From Patescibacteria group bacterium (lineage in GTDB: Bacteria > Patescibacteriota > Minisyncoccia > Phycocordibacterales > UBA9973), in the NCBI GenBank assembly GCA_028865035.1, contig JAGWLB010000003.1, positions 2,247-66,246 of the forward strand: 64,000 nt of DNA, written 5' to 3'. The position numbers and the translations under genes are program-made. The notes below the pieces were generated by a model that was given only the letters and a program-made list of their open reading frames with translations, had not been told where the DNA came from and searched no databases. Below are positions 31,103 to 41,777 of this stretch, piece after piece (the first letter of the stretch is position 1; every line of letters begins with the position of its first letter).

Positions 31103-32605
31103 TTATTTCACAAACCCAGTTTTAAAATCCTCTATTGCTTTTTTAAGAGAAGCTTCACTTTCATCTGTCCACATTTTCTTTTCAATCACATCTTTGTAGA
31201 AATCTTTAGCATTGAGTTGCGTATATTCAAGAAGTCCATCTTCAAATTCTTTAATTTTTTCAACTGGGACGTCATCAAGATAACCTTTGATAAGTGCATA
31301 GAGAATAACTGTCTGGCGTTCTGTAATGACAGGAGAATATTGAGGTTGCTTTAGAACTTCTACGGCTCTTCTTCCACGATCAAGCTGGCGTTTGGTATTT
31401 TCATCCAAGTCTGAACCAAATTGTGAAAAAGCTTCAAGTTCACGGAACTGAGCAAGGTCAAGCTTGAGTGTACCAGAGACTTTTTTCATAGCTTTAATCT
31501 GTGCAGCTGAACCGACACGAGAAACTGAAAGTCCGACGTTTACCGCAGGGCGAATTCCTTTATAGAATAAATCTGTCTCAAGGAATATTTGTCCGTCTGT
31601 GATAGAAATAACGTTAGTAGGAATATAAGCCGAGACGTCTCCAGCTTGGGTTTCAATAATTGGTAATGCTGTAATAGAGCCACCACCGTATTCTTTATTT
31701 TTTCGGCAAGCACGCTCAAGAAGACGTGAGTGCAAGTAGAAGACATCTCCAGGGTACGCTTCACGACCTGGTGGACGTCGAAGCAATAGTGATATCTCAC
31801 GATAAGCTACAGCATGCTTTGACAAATCATCATAGATAATTAGTACGTCTTTACCTTGATCCATAAAGAATTCAGCAATAGAGACTCCAGTATAAGGAGC
31901 GATATATGCAAGCGCTGCCGGTTCTGAGGCTCCAGCTGAAACAATAATTGTATAATCCATAGCGCCTCCTTCCTCTAAACGAGTTTGAAGTTTACGAAGT
32001 TTAGAATCTTTTTGACCGATTGAAACATAAACACAAATCATATCTTGGCCTTTTTGGTTGAGTATTGTGTCTATAGCGATGGCTGTCTTACCTGTCTGAC
32101 GGTCACCAATGATGAGCTCGCGCTGTCCACGACCAATAGGAATCAGTGCATCGATAGCTTTGATACCAGTCGCGACTGGCTGGTCGACACCTTGACGACT
32201 CATAACCCCAGAAGCCACTTTTTCAATAGGAGCTCTCTTATCTGTCTTTATCTGACCTTTTCCATCAATAGGTTCACCCAGAGCATTCAAGACACGACCT
32301 ATTTGAGCGTCTGATACTGGAACAGAAAGAATATTGCCTGTGGCTTTGACTTCGTCTCCTTCTTTAATAGTATGAAAATCTCCCAGAACAATTACTCCGA
32401 CAGAATCTTCATCGAGGTTCAAGGCTACTCCCATTGCTCCCGTAGAGAAGCTGACCATTTCTGATGCTTTTAAATCTGATAGACCAGAGACTCGAGCAAT
32501 ACCATCAAAAACTTCAACAACGTGGCCAACCTTCTCGGCTTTTATGTCGTCTTGGAATTTTTCAATTTGTTTTCTTAAATTTTCTACAATGTGATTTTTG
32601 GCCAT
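31103..32605 (-). CDS. atpA: ATP synthase F1 alpha
   Basis: [29 protein letters not shown]. Confidence 0.99.
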   Translation of the reverse strand: MAKNHIVENLRKQIEKFQDDIKAEKVGHVVEVFDGIARVSGLSDLKASEMVSFSTGAMGVALNLDEDSVGVIVLGDFHTIKEGDEVKATGNILSVPVSDAQIGRVLNALGEPIDGKGQIKTDKRAPIEKVASGVMSRQGVDQPVATGIKAIDALIPIGRGQRELIIGDRQTGKTAIAIDTILNQKGQDMICVYVSIGQKDSKLRKLQTRLEEGGAMDYTIIVSAGASEPAALAYIAPYTGVSIAEFFMDQGKDVLIIYDDLSKHAVAYREISLLLRRPPGREAYPGDVFYLHSRLLERACRKNKEYGGGSITALPIIETQAGDVSAYIPTNVISITDGQIFLETDLFYKGIRPAVNVGLSVSRVGSAAQIKAMKKVSGTLKLDLAQFRELEAFSQFGSDLDENTKRQLDRGRRAVEVLKQPQYSPVITERQTVILYALIKGYLDDVPVEKIKEFEDGLLEYTQLNAKDFYKDVIEKKMWTDESEASLKKAIEDFKTGFVK

Positions 32606-32606
32606 A

Positions 32607-33014
32607 TTAGTTTGTTGTTAAATAATCTTTTAATTTATCAAGCTTGTTTTTTAGTGTCATATCTATTACTTCATCTCCAACCTCTATCTTTATTCCACCA
32701 AGCAAGCTAGGATCTTCTGTAAATGTAAGTTGGACTGATTTTGCTTTATATCTACTTTTTATTATATTTTCTAGATTTTCAGATTCTATCTTGTTTAGTT
32801 TTTCCTTTGAGCTGATTTTAGCTTCGATAATGCCTTCCCTCTTGTCGATTAATTTATCAATAGCTTCCAGTATTTGAGGTGACTTGCCAAGGAGATGTTT
32901 TTTCGAGAGGAGTATCGTGCTGTTTTTTAAAACATCATCAAGATCTTTCCCAGATTTATCTTTGGATGCTTGGTAGATTGCCGAGGCTATGTTGTTAATA
33001 GAAATTGTTGCCAT
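32607..33014 (-). CDS. atpH: ATP synthase delta (short form)
   Basis: [18 protein letters not shown]; operon position. Confidence 0.9.
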   Translation of the reverse strand: MATISINNIASAIYQASKDKSGKDLDDVLKNSTILLSKKHLLGKSPQILEAIDKLIDKREGIIEAKISSKEKLNKIESENLENIIKSRYKAKSVQLTFTEDPSLLGGIKIEVGDEVIDMTLKNKLDKLKDYLTTN

Positions 33015-33021
33015 GATATTA

Positions 33022-33516
33022 TTACTTTATTTTTTCAATTCGTTTTATTGTATTTTTGTCGTATGAATCATCACCATGAGATTCCAACAATTTTTCAGTA
33101 GCAGCTACAACAAGTGAAACTATCTCATTTTTTGCTTCCTCGACTATTTTAACTTTTTCGGCATCAAGAGCTTTTTTACCGCTTGCAATCATAGACTCTA
33201 CTTCCTGTTGTGTTTTTTCAAGTATATTTTTTTTATTTTCTTCAGCTTCCTTTTTTCCAGATTGAAATACATTGTGAGCTTCAATACGAGCCTTCGCTAT
33301 AACATCGTCATATTCTTTTTTAGTTTTAGCTAAAAGGTTTGCGTTTTGCTTTGCGTCGTCAAGACCATCTTCGATACGCTTTTGTCTTTCGGCCATTAAT
33401 TTTGATAATGGTTTTAAAGCAAAAAAATATAAAACAGCTAAAACGACTCCAAAGTTTATTGCTTGAGCAATTATTATTTTCCAGTCTATATGAAATGTAG
33501 TTATAAGAGAATTCAT
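33022..33516 (-). CDS. atpF: ATP synthase Fo b
   Basis: AQAINF, KPLSKLMAERQKRI, coiled coil. Confidence 0.93.
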   Translation of the reverse strand: MNSLITTFHIDWKIIIAQAINFGVVLAVLYFFALKPLSKLMAERQKRIEDGLDDAKQNANLLAKTKKEYDDVIAKARIEAHNVFQSGKKEAEENKKNILEKTQQEVESMIASGKKALDAEKVKIVEEAKNEIVSLVVAATEKLLESHGDDSYDKNTIKRIEKIK

Positions 33517-33616
33517 TTGAAATATTATTATTATAATTACTTTTTAATATATCAGCACCTAACTCCTAACTGCTAGCATTTTTATACTAGTAGCTAGATG
33601 TAAGTTGCCAATATGG

Positions 33617-33838
<222 letters not shown>

Positions 33839-33865
33839 TTAATTAATTTATAATGTTTCGACTTT

Positions 33866-34747
33866 TTATCCTGCTAAACTTTCTAATTCTCCCTCAAGTT
33901 TTTCAACTGAACTTGATGCATGACCTTCATGCTCGTCGTGATCTTGAGCTGCAATTGTGAAGTATACAAGAACCAAGATTGCAAAAATGAATGCTTGTAT
34001 AGCCCCGACAAATATTTCTAAAAAAAGAAATGGTATCGGTAAACCATATGCAAGCAATGCACTCATAGATAGAAGCAATACTTCACCTGCAAAAACATTA
34101 CCGAATAAACGGAATGAAAGTGAGGCTACTTTTGCAAACTCTCCAATGAGCTCAAGAACTCCTACAAAGAATGTAACAGGAGCAACGACTAATACAGTCG
34201 GATCTTTTCGAATCTTAGCAGGTATACTACCAAGCGCCCTTAGATTAACATATTTATTAAATGTTTTCCAGGCCCCTATAGATACTATGCCAAAAATATT
34301 AGCACCAATAACTCCCATAAGTGATAGCGCTAGTGTAGTATTAATATCTGCCGTACCACTGCGAATAAATGGCACAAATGCTCCTCCATTAATAATCCCA
34401 AAGCCACCGAGCGGGAGTATGCCCACCCAGTTATTTATAAGGACAAATATAAAAATGGCAAACGCCAAAGGGAAAACTTTAATTGTAATTTCCCTACTAT
34501 TAGTTACTTGATCACACAAGGACAAAGCACCTTCATACATAATCTCAAAAAAATTCTGGATGCCTTTGGGTATTTCTTTTAATTTTGAACGAAGTACTGC
34601 AACTATGGCAATGATAATAAAAACAGCAATCCAGCTAGTAAGTAATGAATTTGTAACAGGAAGAGAACCTATGTGAGTAATAGGTTCTGCATAAAGTGTG
34701 ACTTCGTGAGTAACGGGTGCCTGATTTTGATTAATTTGATTTTCCAT
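33866..34747 (-). CDS. atpB: ATP synthase Fo a
   Basis: SLSFRLFGNVFAGE, IQAFIF; start set at MENQ (34747). Confidence 0.96.
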   Translation of the reverse strand: MENQINQNQAPVTHEVTLYAEPITHIGSLPVTNSLLTSWIAVFIIIAIVAVLRSKLKEIPKGIQNFFEIMYEGALSLCDQVTNSREITIKVFPLAFAIFIFVLINNWVGILPLGGFGIINGGAFVPFIRSGTADINTTLALSLMGVIGANIFGIVSIGAWKTFNKYVNLRALGSIPAKIRKDPTVLVVAPVTFFVGVLELIGEFAKVASLSFRLFGNVFAGEVLLLSMSALLAYGLPIPFLFLEIFVGAIQAFIFAILVLVYFTIAAQDHDEHEGHASSSVEKLEGELESLAG

Positions 34748-35012
34748 TTTCCTCTTTTTTGTTTTCTTGATTATCTTTACCTTCAATTTTTTGAATATAA
34801 GATAAAGACATTTTAACAATTACAGCCATAGATATAATAAAAGCAATAATTGTTGATCCTATAAATATCCATGGAGCAGTACCGAAATGATTGTCTAAAT
34901 ATTTACCAATAAACAATGCAAGTATTATAGGAACTGCAACCCAGACAGAAACTCGAGCGAACATTATGAGTGCTTGCTGCCATGAAGATTGATCTTTTTT
35001 ATTGTTTTGCAT
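34731..35012 (-). CDS. atpZ: AtpZ/AtpI-like membrane protein
   Basis: GKYLDNHFGTAPW motif, first gene of the atp operon; start set at MQNN (35012). Confidence 0.8.
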   Translation of the reverse strand: MQNNKKDQSSWQQALIMFARVSVWVAVPIILALFIGKYLDNHFGTAPWIFIGSTIIAFIISMAVIVKMSLSYIQKIEGKDNQENKKEENGKSN

Positions 35013-35118
35013 AAAAAGAAAGTGGCTCAAAGCCGTGCATACTGTACCAAAAAATTGCGATATTTTCAAGTTTTTGCTATAGTAATCGAGTATTTTGATA
35101 TTTCTTTAAGAATTTAAT

Positions 35119-35190
35119 GCGTGTGTAGTTCAGTGGTAGAACGCTGTCCTGATAAGACAGAGGTCGAAGGTTCGATTCCTTCCACACGCA
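35119..35190 (+). tRNA. tRNA-Ile (GAT)
   Basis: GCGTGTG acceptor, TAGTTCAGTGGTA D arm, CTGTC-CT-GAT-AA-GACAG, GGTTCGATTCC; no encoded CCA. Confidence 0.95.
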
Positions 35191-35194
35191 CAAA

Positions 35195-35228
35195 CAAAAA
35201 TCCTCTCAAATAATTGAGAGGATTTTTG
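35195..35228. terminator. bidirectional intrinsic terminator
   Basis: caaaaatcctctcaa-ataa-ttgagaggatttttg. Confidence 0.8.
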
Positions 35229-35240
35229 AATAGATATAGA

Positions 35241-35525
35241 TTATCTATTTCCACGGAAACCACCTGCTGGTCGCTCTTCCATAGGACGAGCTTCGTTCAC
35301 AGTAAGGTTACGACCTTCGTAATCTTTACCGTCAAACATTGAGATAGCTTTCTCAGCATCGGCATCGTTTTCCATTTCTACGAAACCAAAGCCTTTTGAA
35401 CGGCCGGTCATCTTATCCATAATAATTGTTGCTGATGCAACTGAACCTACAGTCTCAAAGTGAGATTTAAGTTCATCGTTAGTCGTCTTATAAGGAAGAC
35501 CGCCGACATATAACTTTTTTGCCAT
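35241..35525 (-). CDS. RRM RNA-binding protein
   Basis: KLYVGGL (RNP2), KGFGFVEM (RNP1), VNEARP. Confidence 0.95.
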   Translation of the reverse strand: MAKKLYVGGLPYKTTNDELKSHFETVGSVASATIIMDKMTGRSKGFGFVEMENDADAEKAISMFDGKDYEGRNLTVNEARPMEERPAGGFRGNR

Positions 35526-35723
35526 ATATGACAATGTGCTTCTCGTAATAATACTTTCATATTAATTACTCGAAGAAAACTAATTTATAAATGTAATCGT
35601 AAAGCCCGATTTCATTTACATACTCAATGTTTAAACAACGAATATGAAACAATAACCAAAACGTATAACAACTACTGGCCGAAAGTATAACACACATAGG
35701 TTAAGCAAGCAACAAGAATAAAC

Positions 35724-36665
35724 TTATTCATCTTCAGCATCTCCTACCACACCTGCTTGCATTGCTTCTATTATTTTGTTTATATTTCCTTGCATTATAC
35801 TTGGAATATTTGACCAAGATTGTTTAATTCGATGGTCTGTAATTCTGTCTTGTGGGAAGTTGTATGTACGAATTTTCTCACTTCTATCTGCAGTGCCGAT
35901 TTGAGCTTTTCTATCACCTGAATATTTTTTTGCTTCTTCTTCATCTTGAAGCATTTGAAGTTTTGATATTAGTATACTCATAGCTTTTTCACGATTTCCA
36001 AGCTGATTACGTTCGCTAGTTGAACGTACATCTATACCCGTTGGTTTGTGTATTAAGCGAACTGCAGTTTCAACTTTATTCACATTTTGCCCACCAGCAC
36101 CTCCAGAACGTGAATATTCCATATCAAGATCAGCGGGATTAATAACTATTTTACTTTTCTTACGAATTGGAAGTATTGCCACAGACGCTGTTGATGTGTG
36201 TATACGACCATTCTTTTCTGTTACAGGTATACGTTGAACTCTATGCACACCTGTTTCAAAACGAAGAAGTTTGTAAACATCCTTACCTTTTATCTCAAGA
36301 GTATATTCATCTAGATGTCTACAGTTCCAATTATTGTTTTCAGAAAAACGTTCGTACATTGATACAAGTTCAAGTGCAAACAGGGATGCTTCGTCACCAC
36401 CAGCTCCAGCGCGCACTTCCAATACTATTTCATTTGGAAATTCCTCTTCTTCTTTATCAGCTTTTAATATTTCTTCAAGCTGCCTTTCTACAGCTTCTTT
36501 CTGGAAACGAATATTCTCGAGTTCCTCTTCTGCTAAGTCACGTAATGACTCATCTTGCTCCACCATATCATTAACTTTCCTTTCTTCGTTTAAAAGTCTT
36601 TCATACTCAAGTGCATGATAGCTTGTTTTGTGATCTTTTTTTAATTGGTCTAAATCTAAGTTCAT
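35724..36665 (-). CDS. prfA: peptide chain release factor 1
   Basis: [17 protein letters not shown] (PxT), [15 protein letters not shown]. Confidence 0.95.
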   Translation of the reverse strand: MNLDLDQLKKDHKTSYHALEYERLLNEERKVNDMVEQDESLRDLAEEELENIRFQKEAVERQLEEILKADKEEEEFPNEIVLEVRAGAGGDEASLFALELVSMYERFSENNNWNCRHLDEYTLEIKGKDVYKLLRFETGVHRVQRIPVTEKNGRIHTSTASVAILPIRKKSKIVINPADLDMEYSRSGGAGGQNVNKVETAVRLIHKPTGIDVRSTSERNQLGNREKAMSILISKLQMLQDEEEAKKYSGDRKAQIGTADRSEKIRTYNFPQDRITDHRIKQSWSNIPSIMQGNINKIIEAMQAGVVGDAEDE

Positions 36666-36729
36666 AATATTATTATATAGCAAAAATAAAAAACTAGCTC
36701 TTTTGAGACTAGCTTTCTATTTTGAAAAT

Positions 36730-36942
36730 TTATTTCTTTTTTGCAACTGCAGCACGCTTTTTGAAACGATCAACTCGGCCGGCTGTGTCTAATATCTTAT
36801 CATTACCAGTATAGAATGGATGGCATTGGCTGCATATTTCTATGTTCATTTTATCCATAGTAGAACCAACAGTAAATGAAGCCCCGCATGCGCAAGTTAC
36901 TGGTGTATTGTTGTTATATTTTGGGTGAATATTCTTTTTCAT
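36730..36942 (-). CDS. rpmE: 50S ribosomal protein L31 (Zn-binding form)
   Basis: MKKNIHP, CACG, CSQCHPFYTG. Confidence 0.96.
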   Translation of the reverse strand: MKKNIHPKYNNNTPVTCACGASFTVGSTMDKMNIEICSQCHPFYTGNDKILDTAGRVDRFKKRAAVAKKK

Positions 36943-36967
36943 ATTGCGTTATATTATCACGATATTG

Positions 36968-38335
36968 TTAGTTTTGCAATGGGTCTATCATTTCAGTCTG
37001 AATATTCTTAACTTTCGCCATAACTTGCCTGCCGTATGCACAAGTAGACCCGCCTGATCCATAATATCTACAAGCAGCTCTAATCTGAGCAGTATAACTA
37101 TCTCCTACTCCACCTAAGTCTTCTAAGAATAATGCTGATGCCATAAATGCGTCTCTTGGATTCCAGGGGTCAGGAGCACTAATATTTAAAGCTTTTGCAA
37201 CACTGCTGCTTATACCATCCCAAGTTGAAGGTATGAATTGTGCCGGTCCCATAGCCCCACCCCAGCTGTATGGTCCAGCTGAAATAATAGGACAAGATAC
37301 TAGTGTTGTAGTAGGGTCACGACCTAGGGCTGTTGTAATTCTTGTGAATGGGCCAATATCTCGACTTGGTTTCATAACATTTTTAAAAGCTCTTCCGCTC
37401 TTTGAACTTACCCCAGCACCTGTTTCCATATTTGTAACATAACAAGAACCTTGATCTGTTCCTAAATTACTTTCTTGTGTAATGATTGCAAGTATAAATG
37501 CTGGTGCTACGTTTGTTATTTTTGAAGCTTCATTTGCGTATGTAAGTGCGATTCCAAAAGGAATTGCTGATGCATCACGAAGATTGAACAGTACTGCTAA
37601 AATTTCTGCCCTACGAGCTGCTTTTTCAGCCAGAACTTCTTGATAAGTTTTTTCTTTGTTTTTGCTTATAGATAATAGTTGCTGCTTAGTTGCTTCATTT
37701 CTTTGAACTTGTTGAGCTGCGGTTTCGAGCTGAACTTTTATATCAGTCTGTTGATTTTTTTGTATCTCTAGACTTTTCTTTTCAGTCTCTGTGCTATTTT
37801 TTGTTTGATTTATTTCATCTACAGAATTTTTGATTGCTAATTTTAGAGAAGCAAATGCATCTATATCTCCATATGCTTGAGACATAGTATCTTGAGATAA
37901 GATAAATTCTACTAGAGATTTATTATCTAATTCTCTGTCTTTACGTATTAACTGAGCCAAAGATTCTTTTTCTGTTTCTATTTTGGTTGTAAGACTTTCA
38001 ATTGTCTGGTTTTTTTGCACAATCTCTCCCCCTAGTTGCTGTATCATTATATTTTTGGCTCTGATATCAAGTTTTGATTTGTTTATTTGTGTAGTGAGTA
38101 TGGCAATATCTCTTGACAATGATACTGATTGACCTTTCTGTGCGTTAAGTTCTTGTTGTTTTTGTGCTATTTCTTGTTCTAAAGTTGCAAGTTCTGATTC
38201 AAGACGTGCTTTATCAGCCTGAGCAATAACTAATGCTTGGTCAGCATGTACCATAGGTATTTGGGATAAAATACCGTTAAACATAAATGCTATTATTATT
38301 ACAAAACAAAATGCATATCTGAAAAATTGTCGCAT
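36968..38335 (-). CDS. coiled-coil lytic transglycosylase (SLT_2-like)
   Basis: signal peptide, long coiled coil, QESNLG, GAMGPAQFIPSTW, DPWNP. Confidence 0.82.
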   Translation of the reverse strand: MRQFFRYAFCFVIIIAFMFNGILSQIPMVHADQALVIAQADKARLESELATLEQEIAQKQQELNAQKGQSVSLSRDIAILTTQINKSKLDIRAKNIMIQQLGGEIVQKNQTIESLTTKIETEKESLAQLIRKDRELDNKSLVEFILSQDTMSQAYGDIDAFASLKLAIKNSVDEINQTKNSTETEKKSLEIQKNQQTDIKVQLETAAQQVQRNEATKQQLLSISKNKEKTYQEVLAEKAARRAEILAVLFNLRDASAIPFGIALTYANEASKITNVAPAFILAIITQESNLGTDQGSCYVTNMETGAGVSSKSGRAFKNVMKPSRDIGPFTRITTALGRDPTTTLVSCPIISAGPYSWGGAMGPAQFIPSTWDGISSSVAKALNISAPDPWNPRDAFMASALFLEDLGGVGDSYTAQIRAACRYYGSGGSTCAYGRQVMAKVKNIQTEMIDPLQN

Positions 38336-38352
38336 TTGCCTATTATATCACA

Positions 38353-38393
38353 TATAAAAAACTCTTCATCAATTATAATGAAGAGTTTTTTAT
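38353..38393 (-). terminator. intrinsic terminator after rplY
   Basis: aaaaaactcttcat...atgaagagtttttt. Confidence 0.65.
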
Positions 38394-38399
38394 ATAATA

Positions 38400-39077
38400 T
38401 TATTTTGATTCAGAGTTTGTAGAACCAGATACCTCATCTGCTTCTGTGTCTTTTTTACCTTTCTTTTCTACTTCGATTGCTGAGATATCTGCTGGAGCTT
38501 CTTCAACTTCTTCTTTTACTGCAGATATAAGAGCCACAACTTCTAGGCCATCAGTTAAAATTTTTACACCTTTTACCGGTTGTATATCTTTAACATGTAT
38601 TTGATCGCCTAAAGCTATAAGAGATGTAACATCAGCACTTATACTATGTGGTAAATCTTTTGGTAAAGCTTCAATCTCTATCTCATGAAGTACTTTAACT
38701 AGAACACCTAATCCATTCTTTTCTGCTGGTGCAACACCTGTAAATTCTATAGGTACTGTTACTTCTACAGGTTTATCCATATCAATAGCCAAGAAATCAA
38801 TATGAATAGGAAACCCTTTCACTGGATCAACTTGTACTTCGTGTATTAGTACATTCGTCTTTGTAACTTTTTCTTTACCTTCTGTATCTTCTAATTCAAG
38901 TATAATTGTACTTGATTCACCTGCCTCTTTAAATATTTTCTCAAAACTCACACCGGGGACATATATTGGTGTGTTTTTGATTAGAGCGCCATAGACTACA
39001 GCCGGAATCATACCGTTAGATCGTATAGATACAAGCTTGTCTGCCTTACTTCGCTTTGTTGCTTTTAATGTTTGCAT
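38400..39077 (-). CDS. rplY: 50S ribosomal protein L25/Ctc
   Basis: IPAVVYG, HIDF, LPKDLP; start set at MQTL (39077). Confidence 0.92.
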   Translation of the reverse strand: MQTLKATKRSKADKLVSIRSNGMIPAVVYGALIKNTPIYVPGVSFEKIFKEAGESSTIILELEDTEGKEKVTKTNVLIHEVQVDPVKGFPIHIDFLAIDMDKPVEVTVPIEFTGVAPAEKNGLGVLVKVLHEIEIEALPKDLPHSISADVTSLIALGDQIHVKDIQPVKGVKILTDGLEVVALISAVKEEVEEAPADISAIEVEKKGKKDTEADEVSGSTNSESK

Positions 39078-39129
39078 AAATGCGATATTAACACAAAAAA
39101 TGTTTTGGAGCAAATATTAAAATTATAAT

Positions 39130-40848
39130 TTAAACTTTATGCGATAAATTATGTTTTTCTTTAATAATATGATCTTTAATATAGTCCATAGTAGCTCCTA
39201 CTTTTTTACCAGGATTAAAAATATTCTGTGAGTCAAATATATTTTTAGTATTTTCGAATAATCCGTATATATTAGGACCGTACATTTGTAGTAAAAAAGG
39301 TGAACGAATAAGACCATCGTTATGTTCAGCTGTAGTTGAGCCTTTGTATTCTAAGACTAAATCATATACTTGTTTTGAAAGGTCTAGAATTATAGAGGCA
39401 GTTTTTGGATCTGAGAAATCCATAAGCGGAATAATATGGAAATTACCATTACCAGCATGACCAGCAATTGTGTAAGTTATGGGATATTTATCAAGAATTA
39501 TGTTTAGTTTAGGTAGAAATTCTGGCAAACATTCTGGTACAACAATAATATCATCTATAAACGGTGCTGTATGCTTGTCTTTAATATGTTTACGTAATAG
39601 GGCAAAACTTTCACGACGAATATCCCAATATTTATTTGATTCTGCTTCAGAAGTTGTAATGCGGGTTTTGAATGGAAACTTTTTTAAGTCAGGCATTAGT
39701 GCTTTAGCAGCTGCGTCTATTTCTTTTTCACTATCGCCAGCAAATTCGACTAACAATATTAATTTTGGAATACCGAAAGTTGACATCATAAATACTTCTG
39801 GCCAAAAGCTCCACATAAATTTAATCATTCCCCAGAAACCTTTCGTTTTTAGAAAGTCAGGGAAGAATTTTATAGCTAATTTCATGGTAGCATCATCATA
39901 CGACTCAAGACTTTCAGGATGGTGAGGCAGTATGACATCTACAATTTCGCCAAGTCTTTTTATATCTTTCATGAAAATAACCACAAGTTTTGAAGCTTTT
40001 TTTGTATTTACTAAATGTAAAGTTATCTCTGTAACTATACCAAGTGTTCCTTGCGAACCAACAATTAATTTAGTTAAATCAAATATTTCTTTCTTTTCAT
40101 CCCAGACATTCCAAAGATAATAACCTGCTGAATTTTTAGATACATTAGGTTTAGCATTTTTAATATCATCCTTATTATTATTTATTAGTTGAAATATATT
40201 TTTATAAATATCACCCTCAAAATCATTCTGGGCAATTTTCGCATACAATTCCTTTTTATTTAATGGTTTAACTATATATTCTCTACCATCAGAAAAAACT
40301 ACTTTTAATTCTTTTATATAATCTTCGGTTTTACCATAGTTTAAAGTTTTTTCACCAGCGGAATTATTACCTACCATTCCACCCAAAGCATTAAGACTTT
40401 TTGAAGCTGTGTAACATGGCAATAATAATTCTTTCTCCATAGTTAATGGTTCAAAGTCACGATAGTAAACTCCTGGTTCTATAATTGCTGTACCTGTTAT
40501 AGATACTGAGTGTGCATTAGGATATTTAGGAATCATTTCAAAAGGAGAAACTCTTTCAATTTTTATGATTTTATTCATATAACGAGTAAAATCTATAATA
40601 ATCGACTCTCCTATTGCACCTCCAGCCATACAAGTTCCTGCAGAGCGAGGTGTAAGAGCAAGCTTTGGGTATTTTGATTTATTATCATTTACCCATCTCA
40701 CTAATGTTTTAACATCTTCATTGTCTTTTGGGAATACTACAAGTTCAGGTTTAACTTCAAGTAATGATGCATCATGAGAATATTTTGTAAGTGATTCCTC
40801 ACTGTCTTCAATATCTCCTTTAAAAAATTTCAATATTTCTTCTTTCAT
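39130..40848 (-). CDS. FAD-linked oxidoreductase (GlcD/D-lactate dehydrogenase-like)
   Basis: RSAGT, GGMVGNNSAG, GSQGTLG, GHAGNGNFH, AEHNDG, FNPGK. Confidence 0.85.
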   Translation of the reverse strand: MKEEILKFFKGDIEDSEESLTKYSHDASLLEVKPELVVFPKDNEDVKTLVRWVNDNKSKYPKLALTPRSAGTCMAGGAIGESIIIDFTRYMNKIIKIERVSPFEMIPKYPNAHSVSITGTAIIEPGVYYRDFEPLTMEKELLLPCYTASKSLNALGGMVGNNSAGEKTLNYGKTEDYIKELKVVFSDGREYIVKPLNKKELYAKIAQNDFEGDIYKNIFQLINNNKDDIKNAKPNVSKNSAGYYLWNVWDEKKEIFDLTKLIVGSQGTLGIVTEITLHLVNTKKASKLVVIFMKDIKRLGEIVDVILPHHPESLESYDDATMKLAIKFFPDFLKTKGFWGMIKFMWSFWPEVFMMSTFGIPKLILLVEFAGDSEKEIDAAAKALMPDLKKFPFKTRITTSEAESNKYWDIRRESFALLRKHIKDKHTAPFIDDIIVVPECLPEFLPKLNIILDKYPITYTIAGHAGNGNFHIIPLMDFSDPKTASIILDLSKQVYDLVLEYKGSTTAEHNDGLIRSPFLLQMYGPNIYGLFENTKNIFDSQNIFNPGKKVGATMDYIKDHIIKEKHNLSHKV

Positions 40849-40863
40849 TATTATAATAATTTA

Positions 40864-41736
40864 TTATTGAATATTGTTAAAAAGCTTAAGACGAGCTTCA
40901 ACAACCTTTTCGATAGCATCAACTGCCTCAGGTAAATATTTATAAGGAGCCACTTCATCTGGCATATTTTTTAATGCTTCTTCTAATCCTTTTCTGTATG
41001 CAACTCGGATTTCAGTATTAATATGTACAATATCGATACCATTTTTAATACAAGCCACGAAATCTTGATCCATTGTTCCCGATCCACCGTGGAGTACGAG
41101 TGGTATACCTGTAGCCTCTCTTATTTCTTTAACTCTATCTGGGTGAAGTCTCGGATTGCCACTTCGAACCATACCATGCACATTACCAACAGATGGAGCC
41201 AACATATCTATTCCTGTAGCTTCTACAAAGGTTTTTGCATCTTCGGGCTTAGTCATAGTTGCTTCAGATACACCATCTGGTACTGCATCAAGCATTTTAG
41301 ATGATTGACCAATAAATCCAAGTTCAGCTTCTACTAAAACGTCACGGTTAAACTTTTTATTTACTTCGTGAGCGTAATCTACACACTTTTTTGTAAGCGC
41401 GATGTTTTCCTCAAGTGGAAGTTTGGCACAATCTATAATCACTGAATCATATCCAGCGTCAATTGCAGCTTTCACACTCTCAAAACTATAGTGATGGTCA
41501 GCATTTAGATAAATAGGAAAATTATCTCTCTCTCGAAGTGCTTTAATTAATGCAACACCTTCTTCTTTGCCTACAAACTCTTCTTCTCCTTCAGATAAAC
41601 CGATAATAACAGGTACACTAAGCTTCTTGGCGGCATTGTAAATACCATGAAGTCCCTCTAGATTTGATATATTAAAATGTCCAACTGCTACTCCTTTTTC
41701 ATCTGCTTCTTTTATTATTTCGCGTAAACTTTTCAT
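40864..41736 (-). CDS. fba: class II fructose-bisphosphate aldolase
   Basis: NADHH, VEAELG, GNVHG, LVLHGGSG, INTE; start set at MKSL (41736). Confidence 0.92.
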   Translation of the reverse strand: MKSLREIIKEADEKGVAVGHFNISNLEGLHGIYNAAKKLSVPVIIGLSEGEEEFVGKEEGVALIKALRERDNFPIYLNADHHYSFESVKAAIDAGYDSVIIDCAKLPLEENIALTKKCVDYAHEVNKKFNRDVLVEAELGFIGQSSKMLDAVPDGVSEATMTKPEDAKTFVEATGIDMLAPSVGNVHGMVRSGNPRLHPDRVKEIREATGIPLVLHGGSGTMDQDFVACIKNGIDIVHINTEIRVAYRKGLEEALKNMPDEVAPYKYLPEAVDAIEKVVEARLKLFNNIQ

Positions 41737-41777
41737 ATTTAATAATTGTACCATATGTGATACAATTATTAAATATG
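41734..41777. promoter_or_regulatory. symmetric bidirectional promoter between fba and pfkB
   Basis: perfect 17-bp inverted repeat CATATTTAATAATTGTA-N10-TACAATTATTAAATATG containing both ATGs and both TACAAT -10 boxes. Confidence 0.7.
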
